A stretch of 43,553 nt of DNA from a virus (Duplodnaviria; Caudoviricetes): positions 1 through 43,553 of IMG/VR virus record IMGVR_UViG_3300032244_000317; one strand, given 5' to 3'. Below the pieces are notes generated by a model that saw only the letters and a list, made by a program, of their open reading frames with translations, did not search any database and was not told where the DNA came from. This document shows, in pieces, positions 18,906 through 28,120 of this stretch (the first letter of the stretch is position 1; each line of letters begins with the position of its first letter). The position numbers and the translations under genes are program-made.

Positions 18906-21371
18906 TCAGGACATCGCTTGGACAACGGGTGAGAGCACACAGCGGCAGTTGATGACTTCCTCTGGTGCGCCTTGCGGATCGTTCGGGAAGCGAAGGTTCG
19001 GCGCGAAGGCCTCGCCGATCTTCCGCACTTGGCCGTCTAGCTCGAGGTGCGACGGGCGAGTCGTCGCATCGTTCGACGACACCCACTCGACCTCGGCCAC
19101 GCCGGCTTCCTTGTACGACTCGATCGCGGAAGAGTTATACGCTTTGCCAGTCTCCGTGCGTGCGATCGTGAGCGCACGGGCTTCCTTGTTCCCGAAGACC
19201 TTCGCCATCTCCTCGTCGATCTCGGGGAGCACTTCCTGAATCGACGACGCGATCTCGCTCGTGGTCGTCGGTCCCGACAGCTTCTCGAGCATGCGGTCGC
19301 GGATCTCGGCCGACAGCCGCGAGGTTACGCCCTCGACGATCTGGGCACGCTGGTCGGCGATCATGCGCAGGATGCGCGGGTCGGTGACCTCGAGCTGCAC
19401 GCTGCCGACGAGCTGGGCTGCGTCGGCGATGCCTTCGCGCCATGTGGCCTGCAAGCTGTTGACGATGAGCGCGTCCATCTGCGCGGCCCACTCTTCCTTG
19501 TTGAGCAGCAAGTAGTCCTCGACCTCGCGCTGCGTCCACGCCTTGACCGTGACGGCCTTCGCGTTCGCGCCCGTGATGCCGTTCTCGGCGAAGTCTTGGA
19601 TCTTTGCCTTCTGCGCACGCTCGTAACGACGCAGCCAAGTCAGGACATCGGCCGCCAGCCGACGCTCGGCCTTGTCGAGAGTCTTGGCGTACACGCCCTC
19701 GACGAACTCGACACGAGCTTCGCGTGAGCCCAGCACCTTGGTCATCGACTTCGCGGCCACGGGCTCGACGGCCGGAGCCGCCGGCGCGGAAGCACCGCCC
19801 AAGATCTGGGTGGCCTGTGCCACGCTGATGCTCGGGAAGGCGGCGTTGATTAGCGCGGCACCGCTCGAGGTCGATAGCGTGCCCGTGGCGACTTGCTGGA
19901 TGATGAGCAGGAGCGACTCGACCTGTGCGCCGTTGAGGCCAACAGGCGCGGTCGTAGCGGGTGCAGCGGCCTCGGGCGCGGTCGCCGGCGCGGCAGGTGC
20001 CGCGGCATCCGGCAGCACGGGCGTGACGGTCGCGGGCTCGCTGGTGTCTTCGCCGGTGTTCGCGTCGTTGATCGCGTAGACCGTCGAGCTCATCGGCACG
20101 AACGCCGTGTTCGCCGACTCCACGCTCTCGACCTCAAGGCCCAAGAACTTGGTGGCATCGTTGAACGACAAGCCCACGCCCATGCCGGCCAGATCGGCGG
20201 CGAGCTTGAACTTGGCCGAGTGATCCTCTTGCAGCGAGCTGATGCCCGAGAAGTCAAAGCTGACATAGCAGCCCGACAGGCGCGGATCCTCGAGGCGCGA
20301 CAAGAAGTGGCTGTTCATCTTCTCGGCCACCGAGTCAAGGTAGCCCTTCACACCCTGCCAGAACTGACGGTACGCCTCGGTCACATTGTTGTAGGTCGCC
20401 GTGTCGTAGTTGCCGATGACGGGCGGCGGCACTTGAAGGATTGAGCAGACCGTGTCGCGCACCCAGTTCAGGGTCTCGCGCTGCATCATGTCCTTCGGCG
20501 TCGCTGGGTTCGGGATCACATCGACATTGCCGGTGAGCACCTTGTACCCGCCGACGACATCGGGATCCTTCATCGCCTCGTTCGCCGACTCTTGGAGTCT
20601 GTACTCCTCGTCGTTCGACATGCCGTCGGCGTACTTGAGGAACGCGCCCGGGCCACCGCCACGCATCACGGACTCTTGGTAGCGTTCAGCTTGGAAGCCG
20701 ATCGAGATCACGCGCATCGCGGCCTCGAGCGGCGACAAGCCACGCATCGGGTCGGCGGGGTTGTAGTCGTAGAAGTGAACGCTCGAGCCGACGGGGAACA
20801 CGGGCGGCGTGGCGCCGGTCGCCGAGTAGCGAATCGCAGTGATGCGGCCAGTCGCCGCGTCGCGTGAGTCCTCGACGATGTCGCCGATAACCGGCACGAT
20901 CACGGTCGGCAGCGGGATTGGGGAGCGTGCGTCAATGGACGAGGTGACGGGCTTGCCGTCCGCGTCCATGAGGAACCACCAGTCCTCGCCCGACAACTTG
21001 CGGTGCGTCATGCCGGCGGCCAAGAGATCCGGCATGCCCATGTCGGGGTTCGGCATCTCGAACAGACGGCGCAGCGGATGCTCGGGCCCGACCTCTTGCG
21101 CGTCCTCGTCGGTTGACTCCCAGATCTGTAGCGGCACTTGGCGCACGGCCTCGGTCAACGCTTGAATGCACGCGTACACGACCCACGAGTCGGACAGCGG
21201 GTTCTCGACATCGTCACGACCGCCGGGGCCAGTACGCGCAAGACCGATCTGCGACAGCAACGAGTCCATGGACTTTGCCACGCCGCCGAGCTCGACCTTC
21301 TCGAGGACAAGACCTTGGCCGGGCATACGCTTGAAAGGTGACGGCTTCTGCTGCTGTCTCACGGGTATCAT
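18906..21371 (-). CDS. Portal protein fused to MuF/gp7-like head morphogenesis domain
   Basis: Portal motifs VYACI, PNPDM, RGLSPLEAA, VPPPVIG, ATYNN; C-terminal RALTIARTET, WVSSNDATTRPSH, INCRC. Confidence 0.92.
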   Translation of the reverse strand: MIPVRQQQKPSPFKRMPGQGLVLEKVELGGVAKSMDSLLSQIGLARTGPGGRDDVENPLSDSWVVYACIQALTEAVRQVPLQIWESTDEDAQEVGPEHPLRRLFEMPNPDMGMPDLLAAGMTHRKLSGEDWWFLMDADGKPVTSSIDARSPIPLPTVIVPVIGDIVEDSRDAATGRITAIRYSATGATPPVFPVGSSVHFYDYNPADPMRGLSPLEAAMRVISIGFQAERYQESVMRGGGPGAFLKYADGMSNDEEYRLQESANEAMKDPDVVGGYKVLTGNVDVIPNPATPKDMMQRETLNWVRDTVCSILQVPPPVIGNYDTATYNNVTEAYRQFWQGVKGYLDSVAEKMNSHFLSRLEDPRLSGCYVSFDFSGISSLQEDHSAKFKLAADLAGMGVGLSFNDATKFLGLEVESVESANTAFVPMSSTVYAINDANTGEDTSEPATVTPVLPDAAAPAAPATAPEAAAPATTAPVGLNGAQVESLLLIIQQVATGTLSTSSGAALINAAFPSISVAQATQILGGASAPAAPAVEPVAAKSMTKVLGSREARVEFVEGVYAKTLDKAERRLAADVLTWLRRYERAQKAKIQDFAENGITGANAKAVTVKAWTQREVEDYLLLNKEEWAAQMDALIVNSLQATWREGIADAAQLVGSVQLEVTDPRILRMIADQRAQIVEGVTSRLSAEIRDRMLEKLSGPTTTSEIASSIQEVLPEIDEEMAKVFGNKEARALTIARTETGKAYNSSAIESYKEAGVAEVEWVSSNDATTRPSHLELDGQVRKIGEAFAPNLRFPNDPQGAPEEVINCRCVLSPVVQAMS

Positions 21372-21404
21372 CCTCCCACGGTGTCTAAGCCTCGTCGCGG
21401 TCGT

Positions 21405-21599
21405 ATGCTCGAGAGTTCATCCAGCAAGGGTGAACCTCTCGTCGTCGTGACCGCGCGATTGCACAAGAGTACCTACTCGGCACTCTTCGCCATCGCATCG
21501 CGCCACGGTATCAAGTCGTCCGTCCTTATTCGCCGAGCCCTTGAGGAGGTCGTAAGAGCTTCCTCGAGTACAGCTCGACCTCCCTCTCGCCGAGCCTAG
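21405..21599 (+). CDS. Ribbon-helix-helix (CopG/Arc-like) DNA-binding protein
   Basis: VVVTARLHKSTYSALFAIASRHGIKSSVLIRRALEEVV fits the RHH pattern; alternative GTG 21381; overlaps the 3' end of the opposite-strand gene. Confidence 0.55.
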   Translation: MLESSSSKGEPLVVVTARLHKSTYSALFAIASRHGIKSSVLIRRALEEVVRASSSTARPPSRRA

Positions 21600-21777
21600 T
21601 CATCACCGCGTCGAGCACAATGCCGCCGCTTGACTCTGGCGCAACACCGAACATGATCCACCCACGGTCGGCCAGCATGAACAACTGGTTCGGCGTGAGC
21701 TCGTCCGGCTTGTCGGCCTTGACATTCAAGAGCAACGGCAACAAGTGCGCGTCGGGGATCGTGGGGTTGCGTGCCAT
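21526..21777 (-). CDS. Hypothetical protein
   Basis: MARNPTIPDAHLL..., AGAGGAAG upstream of ATG. Confidence 0.55.
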   Translation of the reverse strand: MARNPTIPDAHLLPLLLNVKADKPDELTPNQLFMLADRGWIMFGVAPESSGGIVLDAVMTRLGEREVELYSRKLLRPPQGLGE

Positions 21778-21870
21778 GCGTCTTCCTCTTCGCTGATCAT
21801 TCACCGAGCGATGATGCGCCGAGGGCTTGTCTGCTAGGTCGCCGGCGAGACTACCAACCTTGCCCACGGT

Positions 21871-23424
21871 TCAGCGACCACGACGCAGCACGCTCAGGCC
21901 ACCTTTCGGGATGACCGCGAAGCCGGGCTTCGACACGCCGCCACGCGACAAGCCGATGATCGCGGAGTCCCACTGGTCGGGGCTTCGACCGTACCTCTCG
22001 CGCAGTCCATCCTTGCCGTCGTCACGATGCAACGCGATGCGCGTACCCTTCGCGCTGTCCTCGAAGTCATAGCGAGCCCACTGCGACTGTCGCCACAACT
22101 CGGGGAACTTCTGCGGGATCGAGATCTTGCGCTCCTCGAGGAGACGCTTGGCGACCCAGTGCAGCTCACTCTTTCGATCCGAGAAGATCATCTGCCCTGT
22201 CAGTTCTTTCCAGTCGTACTTCGCGCCGGATCCGAAGTCGACGCCGTCGACATAGAAGCCAAGCTGCCGTAAGCGGTCGAGCACGCCGGAGCCCATGCCG
22301 ACGCAGTCGATGTGAATGTTCCGCGCCGGCACCATCTCGCCCTTGAAGCCCCACTGGTTCGCTAGCTCCACGATCTTGTTGGCCGTCTGCATCAAGTCGG
22401 GAAGTCGCCACGCGATCTGCTCTTTCAGCACGCCGTTCCACCAGAGCGTCGCCACAGACTCGTCGGCTCCTTGGCGTGCGATGTCCACGCCGATGTGGAT
22501 CTGACCGACGCTCGACACCTCGGGCATCTGGGCCTCGGCTGCCGCGATGAGCATCCCCTTGGTGACGAAGCGACGCTCGAGGCTTTGCTCGGGGAACTTC
22601 CCCAGCACATACGCCGACCACAGAGGTGAGTCAACGCCCCACTCGCCGCGCATCTGATCGACCCACTCCTTGTCGGCCAGCCAGTCAGGCGCGACATGAA
22701 ACGAGTCATAGGGCACGGGGTCAGGCGCGTCGTCGTCGCACGCCGAGATCCTGATCCGATGCCATCGCTTGCCGTTCTGAAACGAGCGAGCGAAGAAGTG
22801 ATCCGACTCCGCGTCGATAGTCGGGTTCGCGGTCAGAAGCACATGGACATTCGGGCCAGACAGCGAGCCCTCGATCGCTCGATACACCGCGTCATCCACG
22901 CCGGCGGCTTCGTCGATGATCACGACCAGACGCTTGTCGCCGATCTCAGCCTCGCGCTTGAGCCGCTCGACATCCACCTCGTCGCCGTCGGTCTCTTCGA
23001 TGTCGACATCGTCGGGCAGTCGCACGCCGGCGTGCCAGCCTTGGAACCTGTCGGGCGAGTTCGTTGCGATGCCGAGCGCGTAGTGCTCAGGCGCGATCGA
23101 CAAGCGGATCGTGCCAAGCTCGCCGGGGAGCGCGGGCCAGCGCGTCTTCGCCTTCGACCACATCGAGCCGATGCGTTGCCACAAGACATCACGCACCTGT
23201 CGGCCAGTCGGTGCCGTGGTGAGCACGACGCACTTGCTCGTATAGATGAAGCTCAACACCGCGAGTGCGCCCATCTCGGTCTTGCCAGCCTTGCGACCCG
23301 AGCGCACGGTCACGAAGCGACGGCTCGACAACTGCTGCATGATCTCGCGCTGCGCTGCCCAGAGCCTCGCGCCGAAGACCTTCTTGCAGAGCTTGGTCTC
23401 GTTGCCTCGGAACTCCTCGAACAT
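21871..23424 (-). CDS. terL: Terminase large subunit
   Basis: Walker A SGRKAGKT, Walker B VIIDEA, coupling motif LTANP, nuclease IGVDIARQGAD and SPDQWDS; start chosen at ATG 23424. Confidence 0.95.
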   Translation of the reverse strand: MFEEFRGNETKLCKKVFGARLWAAQREIMQQLSSRRFVTVRSGRKAGKTEMGALAVLSFIYTSKCVVLTTAPTGRQVRDVLWQRIGSMWSKAKTRWPALPGELGTIRLSIAPEHYALGIATNSPDRFQGWHAGVRLPDDVDIEETDGDEVDVERLKREAEIGDKRLVVIIDEAAGVDDAVYRAIEGSLSGPNVHVLLTANPTIDAESDHFFARSFQNGKRWHRIRISACDDDAPDPVPYDSFHVAPDWLADKEWVDQMRGEWGVDSPLWSAYVLGKFPEQSLERRFVTKGMLIAAAEAQMPEVSSVGQIHIGVDIARQGADESVATLWWNGVLKEQIAWRLPDLMQTANKIVELANQWGFKGEMVPARNIHIDCVGMGSGVLDRLRQLGFYVDGVDFGSGAKYDWKELTGQMIFSDRKSELHWVAKRLLEERKISIPQKFPELWRQSQWARYDFEDSAKGTRIALHRDDGKDGLRERYGRSPDQWDSAIIGLSRGGVSKPGFAVIPKGGLSVLRRGR

Positions 23425-23519
23425 AGCCTCGCCTTCTCGGAGGTTGTGCAACTTGCCAACCTCGAGAAGTGACTCAAGAAGAAGCAGACGCGTCTGCTCG
23501 TCGTGGACTAGCGGGTCTC

Positions 23520-24554
23520 TCACACGATCTCGATGTTTCCGTTCGGACGCGGCCCGCCGTACGGGCCACCGAGCCGATACTTGATGCCCGGCGTGTCGAT
23601 CTTCGCGTCGATAATCTTCCCGACGAACACGCCCGAGAGCGCGACCATCGGACGCGACGCGCGGCGCGAACTGGCCGTGAAGTTCTGGATGACGACATTC
23701 CTGAACGAGTAGTCGAGGTGGTCGCCGATCGGGTAGGTGCCGTTGTGAGTGTCCGTCCAACACACCAGCGCACCGTTCGTCGTGTTGTACGAGGTGCAGT
23801 CCTTCACGGTCAGAGTGCCCACGCAGCCGACGAAGGTGTAGTCGCTGCCGCCGCCACCGTCGTCGTTGATGTCACGGCACAGACAGTTGCTCACCATGAT
23901 GTCGCCCGACTGCGACGGGCCGCTCGTCGGGCGGTTCGTGATCTGGATGAAGGTGCGACCGTTGCCGCCGCCGGTCACGCGGTCGATCAGCGTGTTGCCC
24001 TGCGGATTGTCGATGTACAGGCTGTGCTCTTGCGCGGGCTCGACGAACACATCCTTGATCGTCCACTTCGCCGGGCCGTGACCGCGCACGCCCCACTTCA
24101 TGCCGAGCCCGTTCCAGTTCGTGCCGTTGCCGTGGATCGTGCAGCCCTCGATCGTGATGTGCCCGTGCACCTCGTTCATCGCGGTGCGGATGGGCGCGAA
24201 CTCGTTCGGCTCGTTGATGATCCGAAGAGCCTTGATCGTGATCGAGTCGACGCCGTTGAGACCATCCCAGAATCTCAAAGGCCCGATCGCGGAACGCTCG
24301 CCGTTGCCCTGAATCGTCAACCGCTCGATCGGACGCTTGCGCCAGTAGCCGCAGTTGTCCTTGTTCTGGTAGCCGCTCGGCCCGCCGACATCCAAGCCGC
24401 GCAGCACTTGGCCCACGACCATGATGGTCACGCCCTCGCGGTCGGTCGTCAGATCCTCGGCCGCGCGAATCGCAGCGGCCAGAGGACAAGTCGAGGTGAT
24501 CTCAGGGCCACGGTCGATGCGGTAGCCGTCAGCGTCTACGGTGATTGTTGCCAT
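23520..24554 (-). CDS. Right-handed parallel beta-helix (pectate-lyase-like) protein
   Basis: Repeating strands ITIEGCTIHGN, WTIKDVFVE, TLIDRVTGGGNGR, IMVSNCLCRD, LTVKDCTSYN. Confidence 0.65.
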   Translation of the reverse strand: MATITVDADGYRIDRGPEITSTCPLAAAIRAAEDLTTDREGVTIMVVGQVLRGLDVGGPSGYQNKDNCGYWRKRPIERLTIQGNGERSAIGPLRFWDGLNGVDSITIKALRIINEPNEFAPIRTAMNEVHGHITIEGCTIHGNGTNWNGLGMKWGVRGHGPAKWTIKDVFVEPAQEHSLYIDNPQGNTLIDRVTGGGNGRTFIQITNRPTSGPSQSGDIMVSNCLCRDINDDGGGGSDYTFVGCVGTLTVKDCTSYNTTNGALVCWTDTHNGTYPIGDHLDYSFRNVVIQNFTASSRRASRPMVALSGVFVGKIIDAKIDTPGIKYRLGGPYGGPRPNGNIEIV

Positions 24555-24557
24555 GGT

Positions 24558-24911
24558 CTAGTTCTTCTTTGCCAGTGCCATCATGAGGTCGGGGTTCAGT
24601 TGTACAAGAAGCAGGAAGCCACGCGAGAGCTTGATCGTCATGTCCTCGTTCGTGTCCTCGTAGATTTTGTCCGGGTCTTCGCTGGTGTAGCCGGCGAGCT
24701 CCAACACGCAGTGCGTCAGCTCGTGCATAAGGAACTCACGCGCTCGGCCGTCGTCGAGGTGCGCGTGCAGAACGATTTCGTGCAAGTCCGTGTCCGTGTG
24801 TGCCCACTCATCGTCGGGCAGTGACTCAGCGGTGAAGAGCTTGTAACGCGCAAAGCCTAGGTCAACAGAGCCGATGTGATGCTCGGCGAGGATGTCGTAG
24901 ATGTGGCTCAT
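24558..24911 (-). CDS. Small HEXXH zinc metallopeptidase-like protein (ImmA/IrrE-like)
   Basis: EIVLHAHL...REFLMHELTH...E; ATG 24911 overlaps upstream stop. Confidence 0.72.
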   Translation of the reverse strand: MSHIYDILAEHHIGSVDLGFARYKLFTAESLPDDEWAHTDTDLHEIVLHAHLDDGRAREFLMHELTHCVLELAGYTSEDPDKIYEDTNEDMTIKLSRGFLLLVQLNPDLMMALAKKN

Positions 24912-25585
24912 GGCGGGTGTTCTTCGTCTTCGTGTGCTTCGATCTGTGGGTGCGTGTTCGGTGCCAACTGCGCCAGCAGTCGGTTCTGGACACGCGAGGC
25001 CACAGCGTTGCCGCCCTCGTCGCGCACGACGGCCATGAACTTCGCCAGAAGTCCAACAATCTCGCCCTTGTTCATGACCTGAGTCTTGGCTAGGTGAATG
25101 CCCCACGCGCCCTCGATCCTCCGCGCCAGCTTGTCGAGGTTCGAGCCGAGGCTCTCGAGGTTCGAGCCCTCGGCCGCGCCCTTGTCGATCAGCTCGCCGA
25201 GATCCTCGAGCAACTGGGCCACGCCGGGGTCGCCGGCCGCGAGAGCTTCGCGCACGGCCTTGTACTTCGAGCGCACGCTGCGCCGCCACTCGGGACTGTC
25301 ATGCTCGTCGACCATGACCATCAGACGCTTGGTCACGCTGTCGAGCGCGGCGATCGGCTCACGCAGATCGAAGAGCTGGCGGTCGTTGAGCGATGACTCG
25401 TAGCCGGCGGCGAGCTTACCCAGCGACTTCGAGTAGCGGCCGTGGCGTAGACCATGCGTGCCGCCAGAGCCGACAGCACCGCCGTGCATGCGGCAGAGGT
25501 CTTTCCCTCCGACGGGCGGGTTGTTACACGGTTCGTGATTCTTGCGGCGAGCCCTGCACTTTTGCTTGGGGGCCGGATGTTGCAT
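24908..25585 (-). CDS. HGGxSTG-type protein, probable terminase small subunit
   Basis: KCRARRK..EPC..P....CRMHGG...HGRYSK, then helical region; upstream of terL; start uncertain (25585/25597/25633). Confidence 0.68.
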   Translation of the reverse strand: MQHPAPKQKCRARRKNHEPCNNPPVGGKDLCRMHGGAVGSGGTHGLRHGRYSKSLGKLAAGYESSLNDRQLFDLREPIAALDSVTKRLMVMVDEHDSPEWRRSVRSKYKAVREALAAGDPGVAQLLEDLGELIDKGAAEGSNLESLGSNLDKLARRIEGAWGIHLAKTQVMNKGEIVGLLAKFMAVVRDEGGNAVASRVQNRLLAQLAPNTHPQIEAHEDEEHPP

Positions 25586-25593
25586 GGGGGAAG

Positions 25594-26115
25594 TCAATCC
25601 AGCACCGTCTTGAGTCCTGTTTGAGGTGTCCACGAGAGCATCGGCGTGCCCTCCTTACGCATCATTCGGAAGCCGTCACGCGTCGTCGGCTCGATCACAC
25701 CGATGCGTGCGTGTTGCAGCATCGAACACAGCGAGTGGTTCTTAGACGGCCAGTAGAACGGCCAGATGAAGACCGACGAGAGCACGACCAAGCCCTTCCA
25801 CTCGCCGATGGTCCACACCGCGTCCATGTAGGTGATCGCTTGGTGCATCGTCTCGTCAATCGGCTTGCCGCTGCGCTTGATCTCCACGCCAACAAAGCCC
25901 TGATTCCAGCCAGCATCTACGGCCTTCGCCGTCGGCACGAGCACCATGTCGATGCGTCGCTGCGTCTGGATATGCCAGAGCCCTGCGCTCTTGCCCTGCA
26001 CCTCATCGTAGATCTTGAAGAGGCCCGACATCACGACGCGTCGGCGCAAGTCCTCGACGGCTTGCTTCTCGTCGCGGAAGCCGTCGACGCTGAATAGTTC
26101 GGGGCTCGGCTTCAT
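25594..26115 (-). CDS. PD-(D/E)XK nuclease-fold protein
   Basis: RIDMVL...GVEIK...HQAITY (D, ExK, QxxxY). Confidence 0.65.
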   Translation of the reverse strand: MKPSPELFSVDGFRDEKQAVEDLRRRVVMSGLFKIYDEVQGKSAGLWHIQTQRRIDMVLVPTAKAVDAGWNQGFVGVEIKRSGKPIDETMHQAITYMDAVWTIGEWKGLVVLSSVFIWPFYWPSKNHSLCSMLQHARIGVIEPTTRDGFRMMRKEGTPMLSWTPQTGLKTVLD

Positions 26116-27797
26116 GCGTCCCACTCGATGAAGGCGACCTTCTCACTGCGACCGAGCAACACCAGACGCTCGCTCGAGCGCGTCATGCCGACATAGAACA
26201 CACGCCTCACGACATCGCGCTGCTCGGGCATGCCCATCCACTCCTCGTAGCCTCGGCGGCTGAGGTCAGGCGACAAGTACACGACCTCGGCTTCGGCACC
26301 CTTCACGCTGTGGATTGTACCGACGATGACCTTGGGCTTGTCCGTCAACGCACGCACGCCGGAGCGATCGCAGATTTGGAACGCGTAGTCCATTCGCTTG
26401 CGCGGCTCGGGCAACAGGTGATCGCGCAACCACTCCCACGGCTTGTCGGTCTTCAAGCACTCGAGCATCTGAGCCAGCGCGTCTGGCGTGAACAGTTCGG
26501 AGATCTCGAATAGTTCGAGCCCGTGCGTGTGCTTCTTCGATTCCTCAGCACGCGCCCGCAAGACCTCCTTGCCTCCGCGCACGAACACGCCGGCGGCTTT
26601 GATGTGCTGGGCCCATCGCCACATCGTCTTTGGATGCCACCACCTCTTCGCCTCGTCGAATCCGTCGAGGATCTCACCGCCGAAGAGGTCAGGCCGCGGT
26701 GTCTCGAGGAACGCTTGCACAATCTCAGGCCCGCCGCGTAGCGGGTTCCAGTCACCGCGCGAGACGAACGGATTGTGGAACGGCACGCCGACGCGCTTGA
26801 GCTCGCGGAGTGTGGCTTGCAAGTGATATGCGCATGAGGCCAAGACCATGCACACCTTGCCGGCGGCGTTGTGCGCGACAATCTCGCGCACGATGAGGTC
26901 GGGCTGCTTGAGCGACAGCCAGCCGCTGCCGTCGCGCCGCTCGACCACGCCCTCGGCGTTCTTGGGCGTGTACTCGAATGGGTAACGCCACGAGCTCCGG
27001 CCGATCCAGTTTGATGCCATCGCATGCACGGTCTTCGGCACGCGCCACGACTGCGACAGCACGCGGTACGACTCGGGCGGGAGTTCAGGCTCGAGGAACG
27101 CTCGCGGACTTGCGCCCTTGAAGTGGAAGATTGACTGGTCGGGATCGCCGACCAACACCACGCCCTCGAGGTCGTGCGCCCACTTACGCACGACGGCGAG
27201 CTCGAGCGGCGAGAAGTCTTGGACTTCGTCGTAGCAGGCGATCTTCACGCCGACGGGCGCACCGAAAGATTCGAGGCACACCTCGATCATGTCGGTGAAG
27301 TCGTAGTAACCGGCCAGAGCCTTCCACTCCTTCCACAGGAAGAAGAACCTACGACTCTGGTCGCTCCACTCGTCCTGCGGCTCAAGTCGCGCACGGTGTG
27401 TCTGGGTGACACGCAGGAGAGCGTCTCCGTTGGCTTCGTCCTCGGAGACATCCGACGACATGCCGAAGTCGTCCGAGAATGTCGAGCCCGACTTGGCCGA
27501 CAGGAGGAACTCCGAGCCGTGATGCTCGAGCGTCCACGCGTTGAACTCGGCCACCTTTGACTCGGCGACCTGCGGCTTGCCGAGCATGCGGTAGCAGATC
27601 GCGTGCAGCGTCCCGACATTCTTCTCGTCGAGATCGATCTTTCTGCGCTTGACTTCACGCGCCGCCGTGGTGGTGAACGAGGCCAGAAGGATCTCGTCGC
27701 GGCCATACTTCTGCCGCCATTGCTCGACCTGTCGCACGACCCACGAGGTCTTGCCAGTGCCCGGCGGGCCGATCACGCGGTACTCCTTACGGCTCAC
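26112..27797 (-). CDS. UvrD/Rep-like superfamily 1 helicase
   Basis: GPPGTGKT, DEVQD, GDPDQSIF, LSQSWR, TIHSVKGAE, YVGMTR. Confidence 0.93.
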   Translation of the reverse strand: MSRKEYRVIGPPGTGKTSWVVRQVEQWRQKYGRDEILLASFTTTAAREVKRRKIDLDEKNVGTLHAICYRMLGKPQVAESKVAEFNAWTLEHHGSEFLLSAKSGSTFSDDFGMSSDVSEDEANGDALLRVTQTHRARLEPQDEWSDQSRRFFFLWKEWKALAGYYDFTDMIEVCLESFGAPVGVKIACYDEVQDFSPLELAVVRKWAHDLEGVVLVGDPDQSIFHFKGASPRAFLEPELPPESYRVLSQSWRVPKTVHAMASNWIGRSSWRYPFEYTPKNAEGVVERRDGSGWLSLKQPDLIVREIVAHNAAGKVCMVLASCAYHLQATLRELKRVGVPFHNPFVSRGDWNPLRGGPEIVQAFLETPRPDLFGGEILDGFDEAKRWWHPKTMWRWAQHIKAAGVFVRGGKEVLRARAEESKKHTHGLELFEISELFTPDALAQMLECLKTDKPWEWLRDHLLPEPRKRMDYAFQICDRSGVRALTDKPKVIVGTIHSVKGAEAEVVYLSPDLSRRGYEEWMGMPEQRDVVRRVFYVGMTRSSERLVLLGRSEKVAFIEWDA

Positions 27798-27875
27798 GGC
27801 TGGTCTCCACGCGTGCAAGTTGCACGCTCGAGGACAACCGCGCTAGGTGAGAGATCTACTTCCACCCCTTTTACA

Positions 27876-28094
27876 CGCGCGCGCACGGGAAGATTTCCGA
27901 GGGCACAGAGGTGAAACCATACGCGGGTAAGTCTGTCTGAGAGCTTCCATAGTAGCTGCTCAGAGATCCTACTAGGGATCCTACTACGCATAAACCATTG
28001 TCCCCACTGCACTTAGTGTGCTCATAGTAGTATGTGTAGTATGTGCTCTAAGCGTGGTTCCGAGTCCCTCGAGAAACTTCCCGCGCGCGCGCGC
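27876..28094. other. Candidate replication origin (inverted-repeat-bounded, lower-GC intergenic element)
   Basis: Imperfect ~30-bp inverted arms, tandem GATCCTACTA x2 and TAGTATGTG x2, between primase and helicase. Confidence 0.45.
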
Positions 28095-28120
28095 ACAAAG
28101 AAGGGAAAGCACAAGGCGCA

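Noticed and set aside
23425-23763. N-terminal extension of terL in the 630-aa ORF call
   Set aside because: Overlaps the beta-helix gene in another frame; ATG 23424 with a purine-rich RBS gives a normal-sized terL
27794-28012. 72-aa minus-strand ORF between primase and helicase
   Set aside because: Atypical composition and coincides with the repeat-rich candidate origin; not excluded but unsupported
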